The notes under the pieces were generated by a model. It saw only the letters and a list, made by a program, of their open reading frames with translations. It ran no database searches and had not been told where the DNA came from. DNA of 64,000 bases from Chloroflexota bacterium (GTDB taxonomy: Bacteria; Chloroflexota; Dehalococcoidia; SM23-28-2; JACOUE01): contig JACOUE010000012.1 in assembly GCA_016178045.1 (NCBI GenBank), forward strand, positions 9,832 through 73,831, read 5' to 3'. Shown here in pieces: positions 9,550 through 19,720 of this stretch. The position numbers were made by a program, and so were the translations under genes. The first letter of the stretch is position 1. Every line of letters begins with the position of its first letter.

Positions 9550-10505
9550 TCTATGCCCTGAGCGTGGGAGCGATGACACTGGTAGCAGCGACGATAGCGG
9601 GCAGGCCCTTCCTGGAGCTTCTCCGCCGCTTCAAGGTAGGCAAGGAGATCAACCCCTACGGCCCGGAGGCCCACCAGACCAAGGCGGGCACGCCCACCAT
9701 GGGCGGACTGCTCATCCTGACCGCCGTGGTGCTCTTCACGGCGGCGGCGAACCTGGCCGGACGCCACTCCATCGGCCTGCCGCTGGCGGTGATGGCGTCG
9801 CTGGCCGCCCTCGGCTTCCTGGACGACCTCGGCTCCCTCCAGGGGCGGGAGCAGCGCGCCCTCAGCAAGCGGATCAAACTCGCGGGCTTCGTGGCCGTGA
9901 GCGTGGCGGCGGCCTTCGGCTTGTACTGGAAGCTGGAGCTGAGCGCCGTCAGCGTGCCCTACGCCGGCAGCTTCGACCTCAACGAGTGGTACATCCCCAT
10001 CGCCGCCGCGGTCATCGTCCTCAGCGCCGGCGGCGTAGCCGTGACCGACGGGCTGGACGGGCTGGCCGCGGGCACCGGCGCCATCGCCTTCATCGCCTAC
10101 GGGATCATCGCCCTCAACCAAGGTCAGGACTCCCTGGGCACGTTCTGCTTTACGGCAGCGGGGGCGGCCCTGGCCTTCCTCTGGTTCAACAGCCACCCGG
10201 CCCAGATGATCATGGGCGACACGGGAGCCCTGGCCCTGGGCGGCGGCCTGGCCGTGGTGGCCTTCATGACCGGGCAGTGGCTGGTGCTCCCGGCCATCGG
10301 CGCCGTCTTCGTGCTGGAGGGGCTGTCGACCTACCTCCAGATCGGGTACTACCGGCTGACCGGGGGCAGGCGCATCTTCCGCATGGCGCCCCTCCACCAC
10401 CACTTCGAGGAGCTGGGCTGGAGCGAGCCGCAGATTGTCCAGCGCTTCTGGCTCCTGGGGACGGTGGGGGCCCTGCTGGGCGTGATACTGGCGCTGGAGG
10501 TCTAA
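9546..10505 (+). CDS. mraY: Phospho-N-acetylmuramoyl-pentapeptide transferase
   Basis: GTPTMGGLLIL...LGFLDD...TDGLDGLAAG...PAQMIMGDTGALALGG...MAPLHHHFE. ATGA overlap with the murF stop. Confidence 0.95.
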   Translation: MIYALSVGAMTLVAATIAGRPFLELLRRFKVGKEINPYGPEAHQTKAGTPTMGGLLILTAVVLFTAAANLAGRHSIGLPLAVMASLAALGFLDDLGSLQGREQRALSKRIKLAGFVAVSVAAAFGLYWKLELSAVSVPYAGSFDLNEWYIPIAAAVIVLSAGGVAVTDGLDGLAAGTGAIAFIAYGIIALNQGQDSLGTFCFTAAGAALAFLWFNSHPAQMIMGDTGALALGGGLAVVAFMTGQWLVLPAIGAVFVLEGLSTYLQIGYYRLTGGRRIFRMAPLHHHFEELGWSEPQIVQRFWLLGTVGALLGVILALEV

Positions 10506-10531
10506 GGGTGGAGCCTGTGAGTTCGCTGGGG

Positions 10532-11959
10532 ATGAACCTGGACTTCCGTGACAAGCGGGTCACCGTCGTCGGCCTGGGCGTGGAGGGGGTGGACGTGGTG
10601 CGGTTCCTGGCCCGGCGCGGCGCTTACATCACCGTGAGCGACGCTAAGCCGCGGGAGAAGCTGGCCGCCCGGATCGAGGAGGTGGCGGACCTGCCCGTGC
10701 GCCTCTCCCTTGGTACGAACGACCCGGCCGACATCGCCGACGCGGACGCGGTGTTCGTCTCCCAGGGCGTGCCCCTGGAGCTGCCGGTCATCGTCGAGGC
10801 GAGGCGGCGCGGCCTCCCCGTCTGGTCGATGCTCACGCTGTTCATGGAGCTGTGCCCGGGGCCGATCGTGGGGATCACCGGCTCCAGCGGCAAGACCACG
10901 ACGACCGCCCTCCTGGGCGAGACGTTCCGCCTGGACGGGCGGCCTCACTTCGTCGGCGGGAACATCGGCGTCGGCCTCCTCGACCACCTCGACGAGATAC
11001 GGGCGTACACGTGGGTCATCCTCGAGGTCAGCCACACCCAGCTCCAGTTCGTGCAGCGGAGCCCCCACATAGCCGCCGTCCTCAACGTCACGCCCAACCA
11101 CCTCGACCGCTTCTCCTGGGACGAGTACCGGGCCCTGAAGGGCAATATCCTGCGCTACCAGAGACCGTCCGACTTCGCCGTGCTGGGTTACGACGACGCC
11201 GAGGCGCGCTCCCTGGCGGACCAGACCGCCGGCCAGCCGCTCTTCTTCACTCTCGCGTCGCAGGTCCCCGGCGACGGCATGTTCGTGCAGGACGGGCAGG
11301 CGGTCTGGAGGCGGAACAGTCTCCGCCAGCCGCTCTTCCCGCTAGAAAGCCTGAGGCTGCGCGGCCGCCACAACCAGACGAACGCCGTCGCCGCCGCCGC
11401 CCTCGCCGCTGCCTGCGGCCTGGAGCCGGGCGCCATCGCCGACGCGGTGGCGACGTTCACCGGCGTCGAGCACCGGCTGGAGTTCATGGCCACCGTCGAC
11501 GGCGCCGACTACTACAACGACAGCATCGCCACGACGCCGGAGCGCACGCTGGCGGCCCTCCGCTCCTTCAGCGAGCCGCTGATCCTGCTCCTGGGCGGTC
11601 GCGACAAGCACCTCCCCCTGGAGGAGATGGCCGAGGAGGCCTGCCGGCGCTGCCAGGCCATCGTCTGCTTCGGCGAGTCGGCTCCGAAGCTGGCCGAGGC
11701 CGTGGAGAAGGCGCGGGCCGACGCCCGCCCGTCGGGGCGCGCCGCCGCGCCCGCGGAACGCCGGCCCGTCCTGGCGACGGTCGGCACGCTGGGCGAGGCG
11801 GTCGAGGCGGCGCACGGCCTGGCCCGGGCGGGCGACGTGGTGCTTCTGTCGCCGGCCTGCACCAGCTTCGACGCCTATGACAACTTCGAGGAGCGGGCCA
11901 GGCACTTCCGCGAGCTGGTGCTCGCCCGGACCAAGGAGGCAGAGCCATCGCTGACGTAG
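10532..11959 (+). CDS. murD: UDP-N-acetylmuramoylalanine--D-glutamate ligase
   Basis: RVTVVGLGVEGVDVVRFLARRGA...GITGSSGKTTTTALL...NVTPNHLDRF...GVEHRLEF...YNDSIATTPERT. ORF 9986.. trimmed to the ATG at 10532; an in-frame GTG at 10508 is an alternative. Confidence 0.9.
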   Translation: MNLDFRDKRVTVVGLGVEGVDVVRFLARRGAYITVSDAKPREKLAARIEEVADLPVRLSLGTNDPADIADADAVFVSQGVPLELPVIVEARRRGLPVWSMLTLFMELCPGPIVGITGSSGKTTTTALLGETFRLDGRPHFVGGNIGVGLLDHLDEIRAYTWVILEVSHTQLQFVQRSPHIAAVLNVTPNHLDRFSWDEYRALKGNILRYQRPSDFAVLGYDDAEARSLADQTAGQPLFFTLASQVPGDGMFVQDGQAVWRRNSLRQPLFPLESLRLRGRHNQTNAVAAAALAAACGLEPGAIADAVATFTGVEHRLEFMATVDGADYYNDSIATTPERTLAALRSFSEPLILLLGGRDKHLPLEEMAEEACRRCQAIVCFGESAPKLAEAVEKARADARPSGRAAAPAERRPVLATVGTLGEAVEAAHGLARAGDVVLLSPACTSFDAYDNFEERARHFRELVLARTKEAEPSLT

Positions 11960-12003
11960 ATTCGCGCCGCGTCAAGTCCGGCCCGCCGGACTACCTCCTG
12001 CTG

Positions 12004-13134
12004 GTGGCGGTGGCCATGCTGCTGGTCGTGGGCCTGCTGGCCGTGTACAGCGCCAGCTTCGCCATCGGGCATCTGGAGTACGGCGACACCAACTACTTCG
12101 TGGCGCGGCAGGCGCTGTTCGCCCTGGCCGGACTGGGAGCGATGCTGCTCTTCATGCGCATGGACTACCGCCGCCTGCGGGTCCTGAGCGTGCCCATGAT
12201 GGCGGTAGCCCTGGTTAGCCTGCTCGCCGTCCTCATACCGGGGATCGGCGTCGAGCGGAACGGGGCGGCCCGCTGGCTCGACCTCGGCGTGATCGACGTC
12301 CAGCCCAGCGAGTTCGCCAAGCTGGCCATCATCATCTACATCTCGGCCTGGCTGGCCAGCCGCCGCGACAAGATCAACGACTTCTCCCTGGGGTTCGTCC
12401 CCTTCGTTCTGATGATGGGGCTCATCGGCGGCCTGGTGGTAGTGGAGCCGGACATGGGCACCGCAATCGTCATCATCCTGGTGACGAGCACGCTGTTCTT
12501 CGTGGCCGGCGCGCCGGTCAGCCACCTCCTTCTGCTCATCGTAATGGGCGCGCTCATCAGCTGGGGCCTGGTCCTGACGCAGGAGTACCGCCTGGCCCGC
12601 CTCGACTCGTTCCTGGCGGCCGAGAGCGACCCGCAGGGTAATGGCTACCACATCCTCCAGCTGCTCATCGCGCTGGGGAGCGGCGGGCCCGCCGGCCTGG
12701 GCTGGGGGGCGAGCCGCCAGAAGTTCTTCTACGTCCCCGGCGCCCACACCGACGGCGTCTTCGCGATAATAGGGGAGGAGCTGGGGTTCATCGGGGCGAT
12801 GGTGGTGATCGGGCTGTTCGCCTTCCTTATCTACCGCGCCCTGAAGGTGACGGTGAAGGCGCCCGACCAGTTCGGATTGCTGCTGGGGATGGGGGTCATC
12901 AGTTGGGTGGCGTACCAGGCCCTCATCAACATCGGCGGGATCACCCGGACCATCCCTCTTACCGGCATACCGCTCCCCTTCCTAAGCTACGGCGGCTCGT
13001 CCCTGATCGCGGTGATGGCCGCTGTCGGCGTTCTCCTGAGCATCTCCCGCCACATGACGGAGCGCGATCCTTCGCGGCCGGATGTGCCGCGCGCCTGGAC
13101 GCGGCGTGCTTCCTACGGGAGGCAGAGGGCATGA
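12004..13134 (+). CDS. ftsW: Peptidoglycan glycosyltransferase FtsW (SEDS family)
   Basis: VYSASF...QPSEFAKLA...EPDMGTA...GLGWGASRQKFFYVPGAHTDGVFAIIGEELGF...IPLPFLSYGGSS. Start uncertain: the in-frame upstream peptide (..PPDYLLL) looks coding but has no ATG/GTG/TTG. Confidence 0.85.
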   Translation: MAVAMLLVVGLLAVYSASFAIGHLEYGDTNYFVARQALFALAGLGAMLLFMRMDYRRLRVLSVPMMAVALVSLLAVLIPGIGVERNGAARWLDLGVIDVQPSEFAKLAIIIYISAWLASRRDKINDFSLGFVPFVLMMGLIGGLVVVEPDMGTAIVIILVTSTLFFVAGAPVSHLLLLIVMGALISWGLVLTQEYRLARLDSFLAAESDPQGNGYHILQLLIALGSGGPAGLGWGASRQKFFYVPGAHTDGVFAIIGEELGFIGAMVVIGLFAFLIYRALKVTVKAPDQFGLLLGMGVISWVAYQALINIGGITRTIPLTGIPLPFLSYGGSSLIAVMAAVGVLLSISRHMTERDPSRPDVPRAWTRRASYGRQRA

Positions 13135-14240
13135 GGCTGGCCCTGTGCGGCGGCGGCACCGGCGGCCACGTCTACCCGGCCCTCAGCATCGCCGCGGCCC
13201 TGGAGCGCGAGCTCGACGACGAAGGCTCGGGCCTGGAGATGCTCTACCTGGGCAGCAGCGGCGGCGCCGAGAACGACATGGTGGCCCGCGCCGGCATGCC
13301 GTTCCGCGGCGTGAGCTCGGGGCCCATCCGCGGCCGCAGCCCCTGGGAGCTGGTGACGAACAGCGCCCGCATAGGCGTCGGTGTCTGGCAGGCGCGGGCC
13401 GCCCTGCGCCACTTCGCGCCGGACGTGATCTTATCGACCGGCGGCTACGCCAGCTTCCCGGTGGCGGTCGCCGCGCGGGCGCGTAAGCTACCGCTGGTGC
13501 TGTACCTGCCGGACGTATACCCGGGCTGGGCCGTGCAGGCCATCGTTCGACTCGCCCAGCGGGTGGCCGTCACCACCGTGCAGACCCTGAGGAAGCTGCC
13601 CGACGGCAAGGGCCGGGTCACCGGCTACCCCGTCCGCGAGGAGTTCTGGCGCGCCGACCGCAGCGTCGGCCGCAAGCGACTGGGCCTCGACGCCGAGGAG
13701 AAGGTGCTGTTCGTCGCCGGGGCGTCCCAGGGCGCGCACAGCATCAACGAGGCGCTGGCCAGCAACCTGCGGGCGCTGCTGGAGCTGTGCGAGGTCGTCC
13801 ACATCAGCGGCCACAAGGACGAGGGGCAGCTCCAGGCCGTGCGGGATTCGCTCCCCGATGACCTGGCGAAGCGCTACCACCTCTTCGCTTACATGCACGA
13901 CGAGATACCGTGGGCGATGGCAGCCGCCGACCTGGCGGTCTGCCGCGCCGGCGCGTCGGTGCTGGGCGAGCTGCCGGCGGTGGGCCTGCCGGCGGTGCTG
14001 ATCCCCTACCAATACGCCGGCGGCCACCAGCGCCTTAACGCCCGCCACCTCGAGGACAACGGCGCCGCCGTCATCCTGGACGACAGCGAACTCCAGCGGG
14101 GGTTGCTCCCCCTGGTGGGCGAGCTGCTGAGCGACGAAGGCCGCCTGCGGAAGATGTCCGAAGCGTCGCGGCGGCTGGCGCGGCCGGAGGCGGCCCGCGA
14201 CATCGCCCGGCTTCTGCTGGAGGTGGCGTCGGGACAATGA
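13131..14240 (+). CDS. murG: UDP-N-acetylglucosamine--N-acetylmuramyl-(pentapeptide) pyrophosphoryl-undecaprenol GlcNAc transferase
   Basis: MRLALCGGGTGGHVYPALSIA...GGYASFPV...RAGASVLGELPAVGLPAVLIPY...HQRLNA. ATGA overlap with ftsW. Confidence 0.9.
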   Translation: MRLALCGGGTGGHVYPALSIAAALERELDDEGSGLEMLYLGSSGGAENDMVARAGMPFRGVSSGPIRGRSPWELVTNSARIGVGVWQARAALRHFAPDVILSTGGYASFPVAVAARARKLPLVLYLPDVYPGWAVQAIVRLAQRVAVTTVQTLRKLPDGKGRVTGYPVREEFWRADRSVGRKRLGLDAEEKVLFVAGASQGAHSINEALASNLRALLELCEVVHISGHKDEGQLQAVRDSLPDDLAKRYHLFAYMHDEIPWAMAAADLAVCRAGASVLGELPAVGLPAVLIPYQYAGGHQRLNARHLEDNGAAVILDDSELQRGLLPLVGELLSDEGRLRKMSEASRRLARPEAARDIARLLLEVASGQ

Positions 14241-15643
14241 CGCGCACTTCCGTCCAGGCCATCCCTCGGCGCGTCCACCTGGTGGGCGTGGGCGGCATCC
14301 ACATGTCGGGGATCGCCCAGCTGCTCCGGGCCCGCGGCATCAGCGTGACGGGCTCCGACCTGCGGCCTTCGTCCCTCACCGAGCGGCTCCAGTCCCTGGG
14401 GGTGAAGGTGTACGAGGGCCACGACGCCTCCTACCTGGGCGACGCCGAGCTGGTGGTGTACACCTCCGCCGCCCCCGACGACAACCCCGAGCTGGCGGAG
14501 GCCCGCCGCCGGCGCATCCCCTCCCTCAAGCGGGCGGAGATGGTGGCCCGCCTGATGGAGGGGAAGCAGGTGATCGCGGTGGCGGGCAGCCACGGCAAGA
14601 CCACCACAACATCCCTCATCGCCTACATGCTCTGGCGGGCCGGCCTTTCGCCCACCTTCATGCTCGGCGGCGAGATGATCGACCTCGACACCAACGTCAT
14701 GCCGGGCGAAGGCCCTCACTTCGTCGTGGAGGCGGACGAGTTCGACGCCGCCTTCCTCAACTACCGGCCGGACGTCGCCCTGGTCACCAACGTTGACGCC
14801 GACCACCTCGACTTCTACGGCTCCTTCGAGCGCCTGGCGGCCACCTTCCGCCAGTTTCTTTCGCAAGTAACGCCAACCGGACATATCGTGGCCTGCGGAG
14901 ACGACCCTGCCCTGCAGGCCATCCTGAATGAGGCCGTAGGAGACGGCACGCTCCTCCCCGTCCGCGTCGTCTCCTACGGCCTCGACGAAAAATTTCAGTG
15001 GCACGGGGAAAAAATAAGGAGAAAGGGTGTAGACGGCTGCACTTTTATGCTAAAATGCGGCCAAGAGAATCGCGGTCGATTCCAGACGAGACTGCCCGGA
15101 GTCCATAACGTGCGCAACAGCGTCGGGGCGTTAGCCGTCGGCAGCATTCTTGGGCTGCCGGTGGAGGCTATGCGCCAGAGTCTGGCCGAGTTCCGCGGAG
15201 TCCGGCGGCGTTTCGAGCTCGTCGGGGAGGCCACGGCCGTCACCGTCATGGACGACTATGCGCACCACCCCACGGAGATCAGGGCGACGCTGGCCGCCGC
15301 CCGCGAACGCTTCTCCGGCCGGCGCCTCGTCTGCCTCTTCCAGCCCCACACCTACAGCCGGACGCAGTACCTGCTGGACGAGTTCCGCACCTGCTTTACC
15401 GGCATCGACGTTCTCCTTATTGCCGACACCTACGCAGCCCGCGAGCCCCCTTCGGCGGGGATGGACGCCCGCCAGCTGGCGGAAGCCATCCAGCAGCCGC
15501 CCGCGCGCTACGTGGGCGGGCTGGAAGAGGCCGCGGAGGCCGTCCTCGGCGTCCTGCGGGCGGGCGACGTCTTCTTCACCATCGGCGCGGGCGACGTGGA
15601 TAGCGCCGGCCCGCTGGTGCTGGCGGCATTGAGGTGGCGATGA
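14237..15643 (+). CDS. murC: UDP-N-acetylmuramate--L-alanine ligase
   Basis: VHLVGVGGIHMSGIAQLL...VAGSHGKTTTTSLIA...EADEFDAAF...NVDADHLDFYG...DDYAHHPTEI...FQPHTYSR. Confidence 0.95.
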   Translation: MTRTSVQAIPRRVHLVGVGGIHMSGIAQLLRARGISVTGSDLRPSSLTERLQSLGVKVYEGHDASYLGDAELVVYTSAAPDDNPELAEARRRRIPSLKRAEMVARLMEGKQVIAVAGSHGKTTTTSLIAYMLWRAGLSPTFMLGGEMIDLDTNVMPGEGPHFVVEADEFDAAFLNYRPDVALVTNVDADHLDFYGSFERLAATFRQFLSQVTPTGHIVACGDDPALQAILNEAVGDGTLLPVRVVSYGLDEKFQWHGEKIRRKGVDGCTFMLKCGQENRGRFQTRLPGVHNVRNSVGALAVGSILGLPVEAMRQSLAEFRGVRRRFELVGEATAVTVMDDYAHHPTEIRATLAAARERFSGRRLVCLFQPHTYSRTQYLLDEFRTCFTGIDVLLIADTYAAREPPSAGMDARQLAEAIQQPPARYVGGLEEAAEAVLGVLRAGDVFFTIGAGDVDSAGPLVLAALRWR

Positions 15644-16563
15644 TCAGCGAGCAGTTCCTGGCCGAGCTGGGCACGACCGGCTCGTACCGCCGCGACGACC
15701 CGCTCTCGCGCCACACGACTTTCGGCGTGGGCGGGCCGGCGGACGTCTACCTGCCCGTGGCGACGGAGGAGCAACTGCGCGCCGCCCTCCGTATCGCCCG
15801 CAGCCACCGCGTGCCCGTCTTCATCCTGGGCTCCGGCTCCAACGTCCTGGTGGGTGACGGCGGCATCCGCGGCCTGGTCATCGAGAACCAGCTCCACGCC
15901 GTCGAGGGGCCCCAGCCCAACGGTAAGGGGCTGCTGGTGCGGGCCCAGACGGGTGTCAGCTTCGCCGCGTTGGCCCGGCGCCTCTCCTTCGCCGGCTACG
16001 CCGGGCTGGAGTGGGCCAGCGGCATCCCGGGCACGCTCGGCGGCGCCGTCGTCTACAACGCCGGCGCCTACGGCGGCTGCCTGCTCGACGTCCTCGTCCG
16101 CGTCCGCCTGGTGGACCAGTCGGACAGCGTTATCGAAATGAAGCCGGAGGAGCTGGCTCTGGGCTACCGGGGCAGCGTCTTCACCCGCGGCATCGTCGGA
16201 GACCGCGCCGTCCTCTCCGTGGACCTGCGGGTACACGAGGGCGACGCCGTCTACCTGCGCCAGCGGGTGCGGGAGCTGGACAAGCGCCGGACGTCGGCGC
16301 AGCCCAAGGGCCGCAACGCCGGCTCCATGTTCAAGAACCCGGTGGAGCGGCCCGCCTGGTGGCTCATCGACCAGGTGGGGCTGCGCGGCCACCGCATCGG
16401 CGACGCGCAGATATCGGAGCAGCACACCAACTTCTTCCTGAACCTGGGCAAGGCCCGCGCCGCGGACGTGAAGGCCCTGATGGACCGGGCCCGTGACCGG
16501 GTGCGCGAGCGCTTCGGCATCGAGCTGGAGCCGGAGGTGGCGCTGGTGGGGGAGGGGTTCTAG
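15634..16563 (+). CDS. murB: UDP-N-acetylenolpyruvoylglucosamine reductase
   Basis: TTFGVGGPADVY...ILGSGSNVLV...WASGIPGTLGGAVVYNAGAYG...GSMFKNP...QISEQHTNFFLN. Confidence 0.9.
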   Translation: MAMISEQFLAELGTTGSYRRDDPLSRHTTFGVGGPADVYLPVATEEQLRAALRIARSHRVPVFILGSGSNVLVGDGGIRGLVIENQLHAVEGPQPNGKGLLVRAQTGVSFAALARRLSFAGYAGLEWASGIPGTLGGAVVYNAGAYGGCLLDVLVRVRLVDQSDSVIEMKPEELALGYRGSVFTRGIVGDRAVLSVDLRVHEGDAVYLRQRVRELDKRRTSAQPKGRNAGSMFKNPVERPAWWLIDQVGLRGHRIGDAQISEQHTNFFLNLGKARAADVKALMDRARDRVRERFGIELEPEVALVGEGF

Positions 16564-16565
16564 CC

Positions 16566-17633
16566 GTGGAATCGAAGCTGCGGGTCGGCATCCTCTTCGG
16601 CGGCCAGTCCGCCGAGCACGAGGTATCCGTCGTCTCCGCCCAAGGGGTGCTGGAGGCGATCGACCGCCGCCGCTTCGAGCCGACACCCTTCGGAGTGACG
16701 AAGGAGGGCGTTTGGCTCTCGCCGTCGGAGACGGAGGAGGCGCTGCGGCGGGTGCCGTCCAGGAGTTACCAGCCGCTGCCGTCAATGGAATCGCGCAACC
16801 TGCTCACCCGGCCGGAGGTGCTGGCCGCCCTGTCGCGACTGGACGTGGCCTTCCCCCTCATCCACGGCACCCGCGGCGAGGACGGCAGCCTCCAGGGCCT
16901 GCTGGAGCTGGCCGGCGTCCCCTACGTGGGTGCGGGGGTCGCGGCCAGCGCCGTGGGAATGGACAAGGCGCTGATGAAGTCGCTGTTCCGCCAGGCCGGC
17001 CTGCCCACGGCCGAGTTCGCCGTGGTGCTGGCCCCGCGCTGGCGCGCCGGCCCGGAGGGCGCGACGCGGGAGATCGAGGCGGCCATCGGCTACCCCTGCT
17101 TCACCAAGCCCGCCAACCTGGGCTCCAGCGTGGGCATTGCCAAGGTGCGCTCGCGCGAGGACCTGGGTGACGGCCTGCGGGAGGCGTTCCGCTACGACCG
17201 CAAGGCGCTGGTGGAGCAGGCGGTCGGCGGCCGCGAGATCGAGGTCGCGGTCCTGGGGAACGACGACCCTCAGGCCTCGCCGCCGGGGGAGATCATCCCC
17301 CACCGCGAGTTCTACGACTACGAGGCGAAGTACCTGGACGACAGCACGGAGCTGGTCGTGCCCGTCCGACTGGAGCCCGAGATCCAGCGGCGGCTCCAGC
17401 AGCTCGCCGTCGCCGCCTTCAAGGCCATCGACTGCGCCGGCATGGCCCGCGTCGACTTCTTCCTGGCCGGCGAGGAGCCCATCGTGAACGAGATCAACAC
17501 CATCCCCGGCTTCACCCCTATCAGCATGTACCCCAAGCTGTGGGAGGTGGCCGGCCTCTCCTACGGCGACCTCATCACCCGGCTCATCGAGCTGGCGCTG
17601 GAGCGGCACCGGGAGAAACAGAATTGTGGCTAG
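16566..17633 (+). CDS. ddl: D-alanine--D-alanine ligase
   Basis: VGILFGGQSAEHEVS...HGTRGEDGSLQGLLEL...PYVGAGV...GMDK...KPANLGSSVGI...EINTIPGFT. Confidence 0.95.
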   Translation: MESKLRVGILFGGQSAEHEVSVVSAQGVLEAIDRRRFEPTPFGVTKEGVWLSPSETEEALRRVPSRSYQPLPSMESRNLLTRPEVLAALSRLDVAFPLIHGTRGEDGSLQGLLELAGVPYVGAGVAASAVGMDKALMKSLFRQAGLPTAEFAVVLAPRWRAGPEGATREIEAAIGYPCFTKPANLGSSVGIAKVRSREDLGDGLREAFRYDRKALVEQAVGGREIEVAVLGNDDPQASPPGEIIPHREFYDYEAKYLDDSTELVVPVRLEPEIQRRLQQLAVAAFKAIDCAGMARVDFFLAGEEPIVNEINTIPGFTPISMYPKLWEVAGLSYGDLITRLIELALERHREKQNCG

Positions 17634-18414
17634 CTACAGGCCTTATGCCCGAAGACAGAAGCCCCTTCGCGGATACGTCCTGCCCACCGAGAAGGAGGAA
17701 CGCCGCGCCCGGCGGATCCGCTGGCGACGCATCCTCATCGCCCTGGGGGTCCTGGCGGCCATCGCCATCGCCCTCGCCCTGTACAAGTCACCCCTCTTGC
17801 GTGTGCAGGAGGTGCAGGTGGTAGGGGCGAAGCACGTAGACCCCCAGCAGGTCCTGGCCCTGGCCGACCTCGAAGGCGCGAGCATCCTCAACCCGCCCCT
17901 GGACCGCGCCGAACGCCGCATCACCCGCCTGCCCCTGGTCAAGGAGGTCGAGGCCAGCCGCGTCTTCCCCAACAAAGTCCGCCTCACCATCACGGAGCGG
18001 AAGCCGTGGGGCTATTGGCAGGTGGGGGAGAAGCCCTACGTCATCGACGCCGACGGCGTCGTGCTGGAGGGCATCGTCCCCAAGGACGGCGGTCTCACCA
18101 TCGTCGACCTGTCGGAGCGGCGGGAGGAGTTCATCGCCGGCGACCGGGTGAACTTGGAGGTGCTGGAGCTGGCCCGGAAGCTGGCGAAGGCCGTGCCCCG
18201 CGACTTCCAGCTCGCCGTCGACCGCTTCGAGTACACGAACGAGTCCGGCCTGGCGATCATCACCAGCGCCGGCCACCGGGTGGTGATGGGAGATAGCCAG
18301 AACCTGACGTTCAAGCTGTCGGTCTGGCAGGCCCTGGAGCAGAGGCTGGGGCGGGAGGCGATGACCGGCCACGTCCTCGACCTCCGCTTCGGGGACCGAC
18401 CTTCCTTTCGCTGA
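17626..18414 (+). CDS. ftsQ: Cell division protein FtsQ/DivIB (TM plus POTRA)
   Basis: Its position between ddl and ftsA. N-terminal TM (ILIALGVLAAIAIALALY), then POTRA-like LLRVQEVQVVGAKHVDPQQV.... Confidence 0.75.
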   Translation: MASYRPYARRQKPLRGYVLPTEKEERRARRIRWRRILIALGVLAAIAIALALYKSPLLRVQEVQVVGAKHVDPQQVLALADLEGASILNPPLDRAERRITRLPLVKEVEASRVFPNKVRLTITERKPWGYWQVGEKPYVIDADGVVLEGIVPKDGGLTIVDLSERREEFIAGDRVNLEVLELARKLAKAVPRDFQLAVDRFEYTNESGLAIITSAGHRVVMGDSQNLTFKLSVWQALEQRLGREAMTGHVLDLRFGDRPSFR

Positions 18415-18426
18415 AAGGGGGCGCGA

Positions 18427-19677
18427 ATGAACAGGGATAGCATACTGGCGGCGATAGACGTAGGGAGCGCGAAGGTCTGCACCCTGGTGGCAGAGATAAC
18501 GCCGGACGATGACCTGCGCATCCTGGGCGTCGGCATCACCCCCTCCGAGGGCGTGAAGAGGGGGATGGTGGACAACATCCAGGAGGCGACGGACGCCATC
18601 GTCAGCTCCGTGGAGAAGGCGGAGCGCTCCAGCGGGAGCCGCATCATCTCGGCACAGGTGAGCCTGGGGGGCAACCACATCGCCTCCCTCAACAACCGGG
18701 GCGTCGCCACCATGCCCGGCCGCCAGCGGCCCATCATGCAGGACGATATCAACCGCGCCCTGGAAGGGGCCCAGGCGGTGAACATCCCCACCAACCGGGA
18801 AGTCGTCCACATCATCCCCCGCTTCTTCGTGGTGGACGGGCAGGAGCACGTGAGCGACCCCGTGGGGATGTTCGGCCAGCGGCTGGACGTGGAGTCCCAC
18901 CTGGTGACCGGCTCGCTGACGGCGATCCAGAACCTGACCCAGTGCGTGGAGGGGGCCGGCGTCCAGGTGGACTCGCTGGTGCTGGCGCCGCTGGCGGCGG
19001 CGGAGGCGGTGCTGGAGGACGAGGAGAAGCGCCAGGGCGTCGTCGTGGCGGACATCGGCGGCGGCACCACGGACATCGCCGTCTTCGTGGAGGGGAGCGC
19101 CTTCCACACCTCGGTCCTGCCCGTCGGCGGCTTCCACCTGACGCACGACCTGGTGGCGGGGCTGCGCGCCCCCTTCTCCGCCGTCGAGGAGGCGAAGCTG
19201 GAATACGGCTCCGCCCTTCCCAGCCGCGTCGACCCGGAGGAGATGGTGGAGATGGAGGCGTTCGGCGGCCAGCGCCAGAAGGCCGTCTCGCGCCGGCGCA
19301 TCTCGGAGATCCTCCAGGCGAGGGTGGAGGAGGTCCTAGAGATGGTCTACATGGACGTGAAGCGCGCCGGCTTCGACGAGATGATCGCGGCGGGCCTCGT
19401 ACTCACGGGCGGCACGGCCAGCCTGCCCGGCCTCGACGAGCTGGCCGAGCAGGTCCTGCGGATGCCGGTGCGCATCGGGATGCCCCGGGGCATCCACGGC
19501 CTCGCCGACTCGCTCAACGGCCCGGCCTACGCGACGAGCGTGGGGTTGCTCCACTGGGACATCAGCCATAACGGCCATAACGGCCACAAGCCGCGACACT
19601 TCAAGGCCCCCAACATCGAGCTGGGCGGGGTCTGGGAGAACATGCGCAAGTGGCTGAAGGCGCTGATACCGCAATGA
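18427..19677 (+). CDS. ftsA: Cell division protein FtsA
   Basis: AAIDVGSAKVCTLVAE...VVVADIGGGTTDIAVF...GG..LT.DL...LVLTGGTASLPGL is the actin-like ATPase pattern. Confidence 0.95.
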   Translation: MNRDSILAAIDVGSAKVCTLVAEITPDDDLRILGVGITPSEGVKRGMVDNIQEATDAIVSSVEKAERSSGSRIISAQVSLGGNHIASLNNRGVATMPGRQRPIMQDDINRALEGAQAVNIPTNREVVHIIPRFFVVDGQEHVSDPVGMFGQRLDVESHLVTGSLTAIQNLTQCVEGAGVQVDSLVLAPLAAAEAVLEDEEKRQGVVVADIGGGTTDIAVFVEGSAFHTSVLPVGGFHLTHDLVAGLRAPFSAVEEAKLEYGSALPSRVDPEEMVEMEAFGGQRQKAVSRRRISEILQARVEEVLEMVYMDVKRAGFDEMIAAGLVLTGGTASLPGLDELAEQVLRMPVRIGMPRGIHGLADSLNGPAYATSVGLLHWDISHNGHNGHKPRHFKAPNIELGGVWENMRKWLKALIPQ

Positions 19678-19720
19678 GACATTCGGCAGAACGGGAGTAC
19701 AGGGAAAGGAGGACGGGATA

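Noticed and set aside
9986-10531. N-terminal extensions of track ORFs (murD 9986.., murG 12903.., the hydroxyacid dehydrogenase to 51134, trmD to 2432, yggS from 36666, recX from 42015).
   Set aside because: The extensions overlap the preceding gene in another frame and are low-complexity Arg/Pro/Gly. Conserved N-terminal motifs begin at the internal starts used in the feature list.
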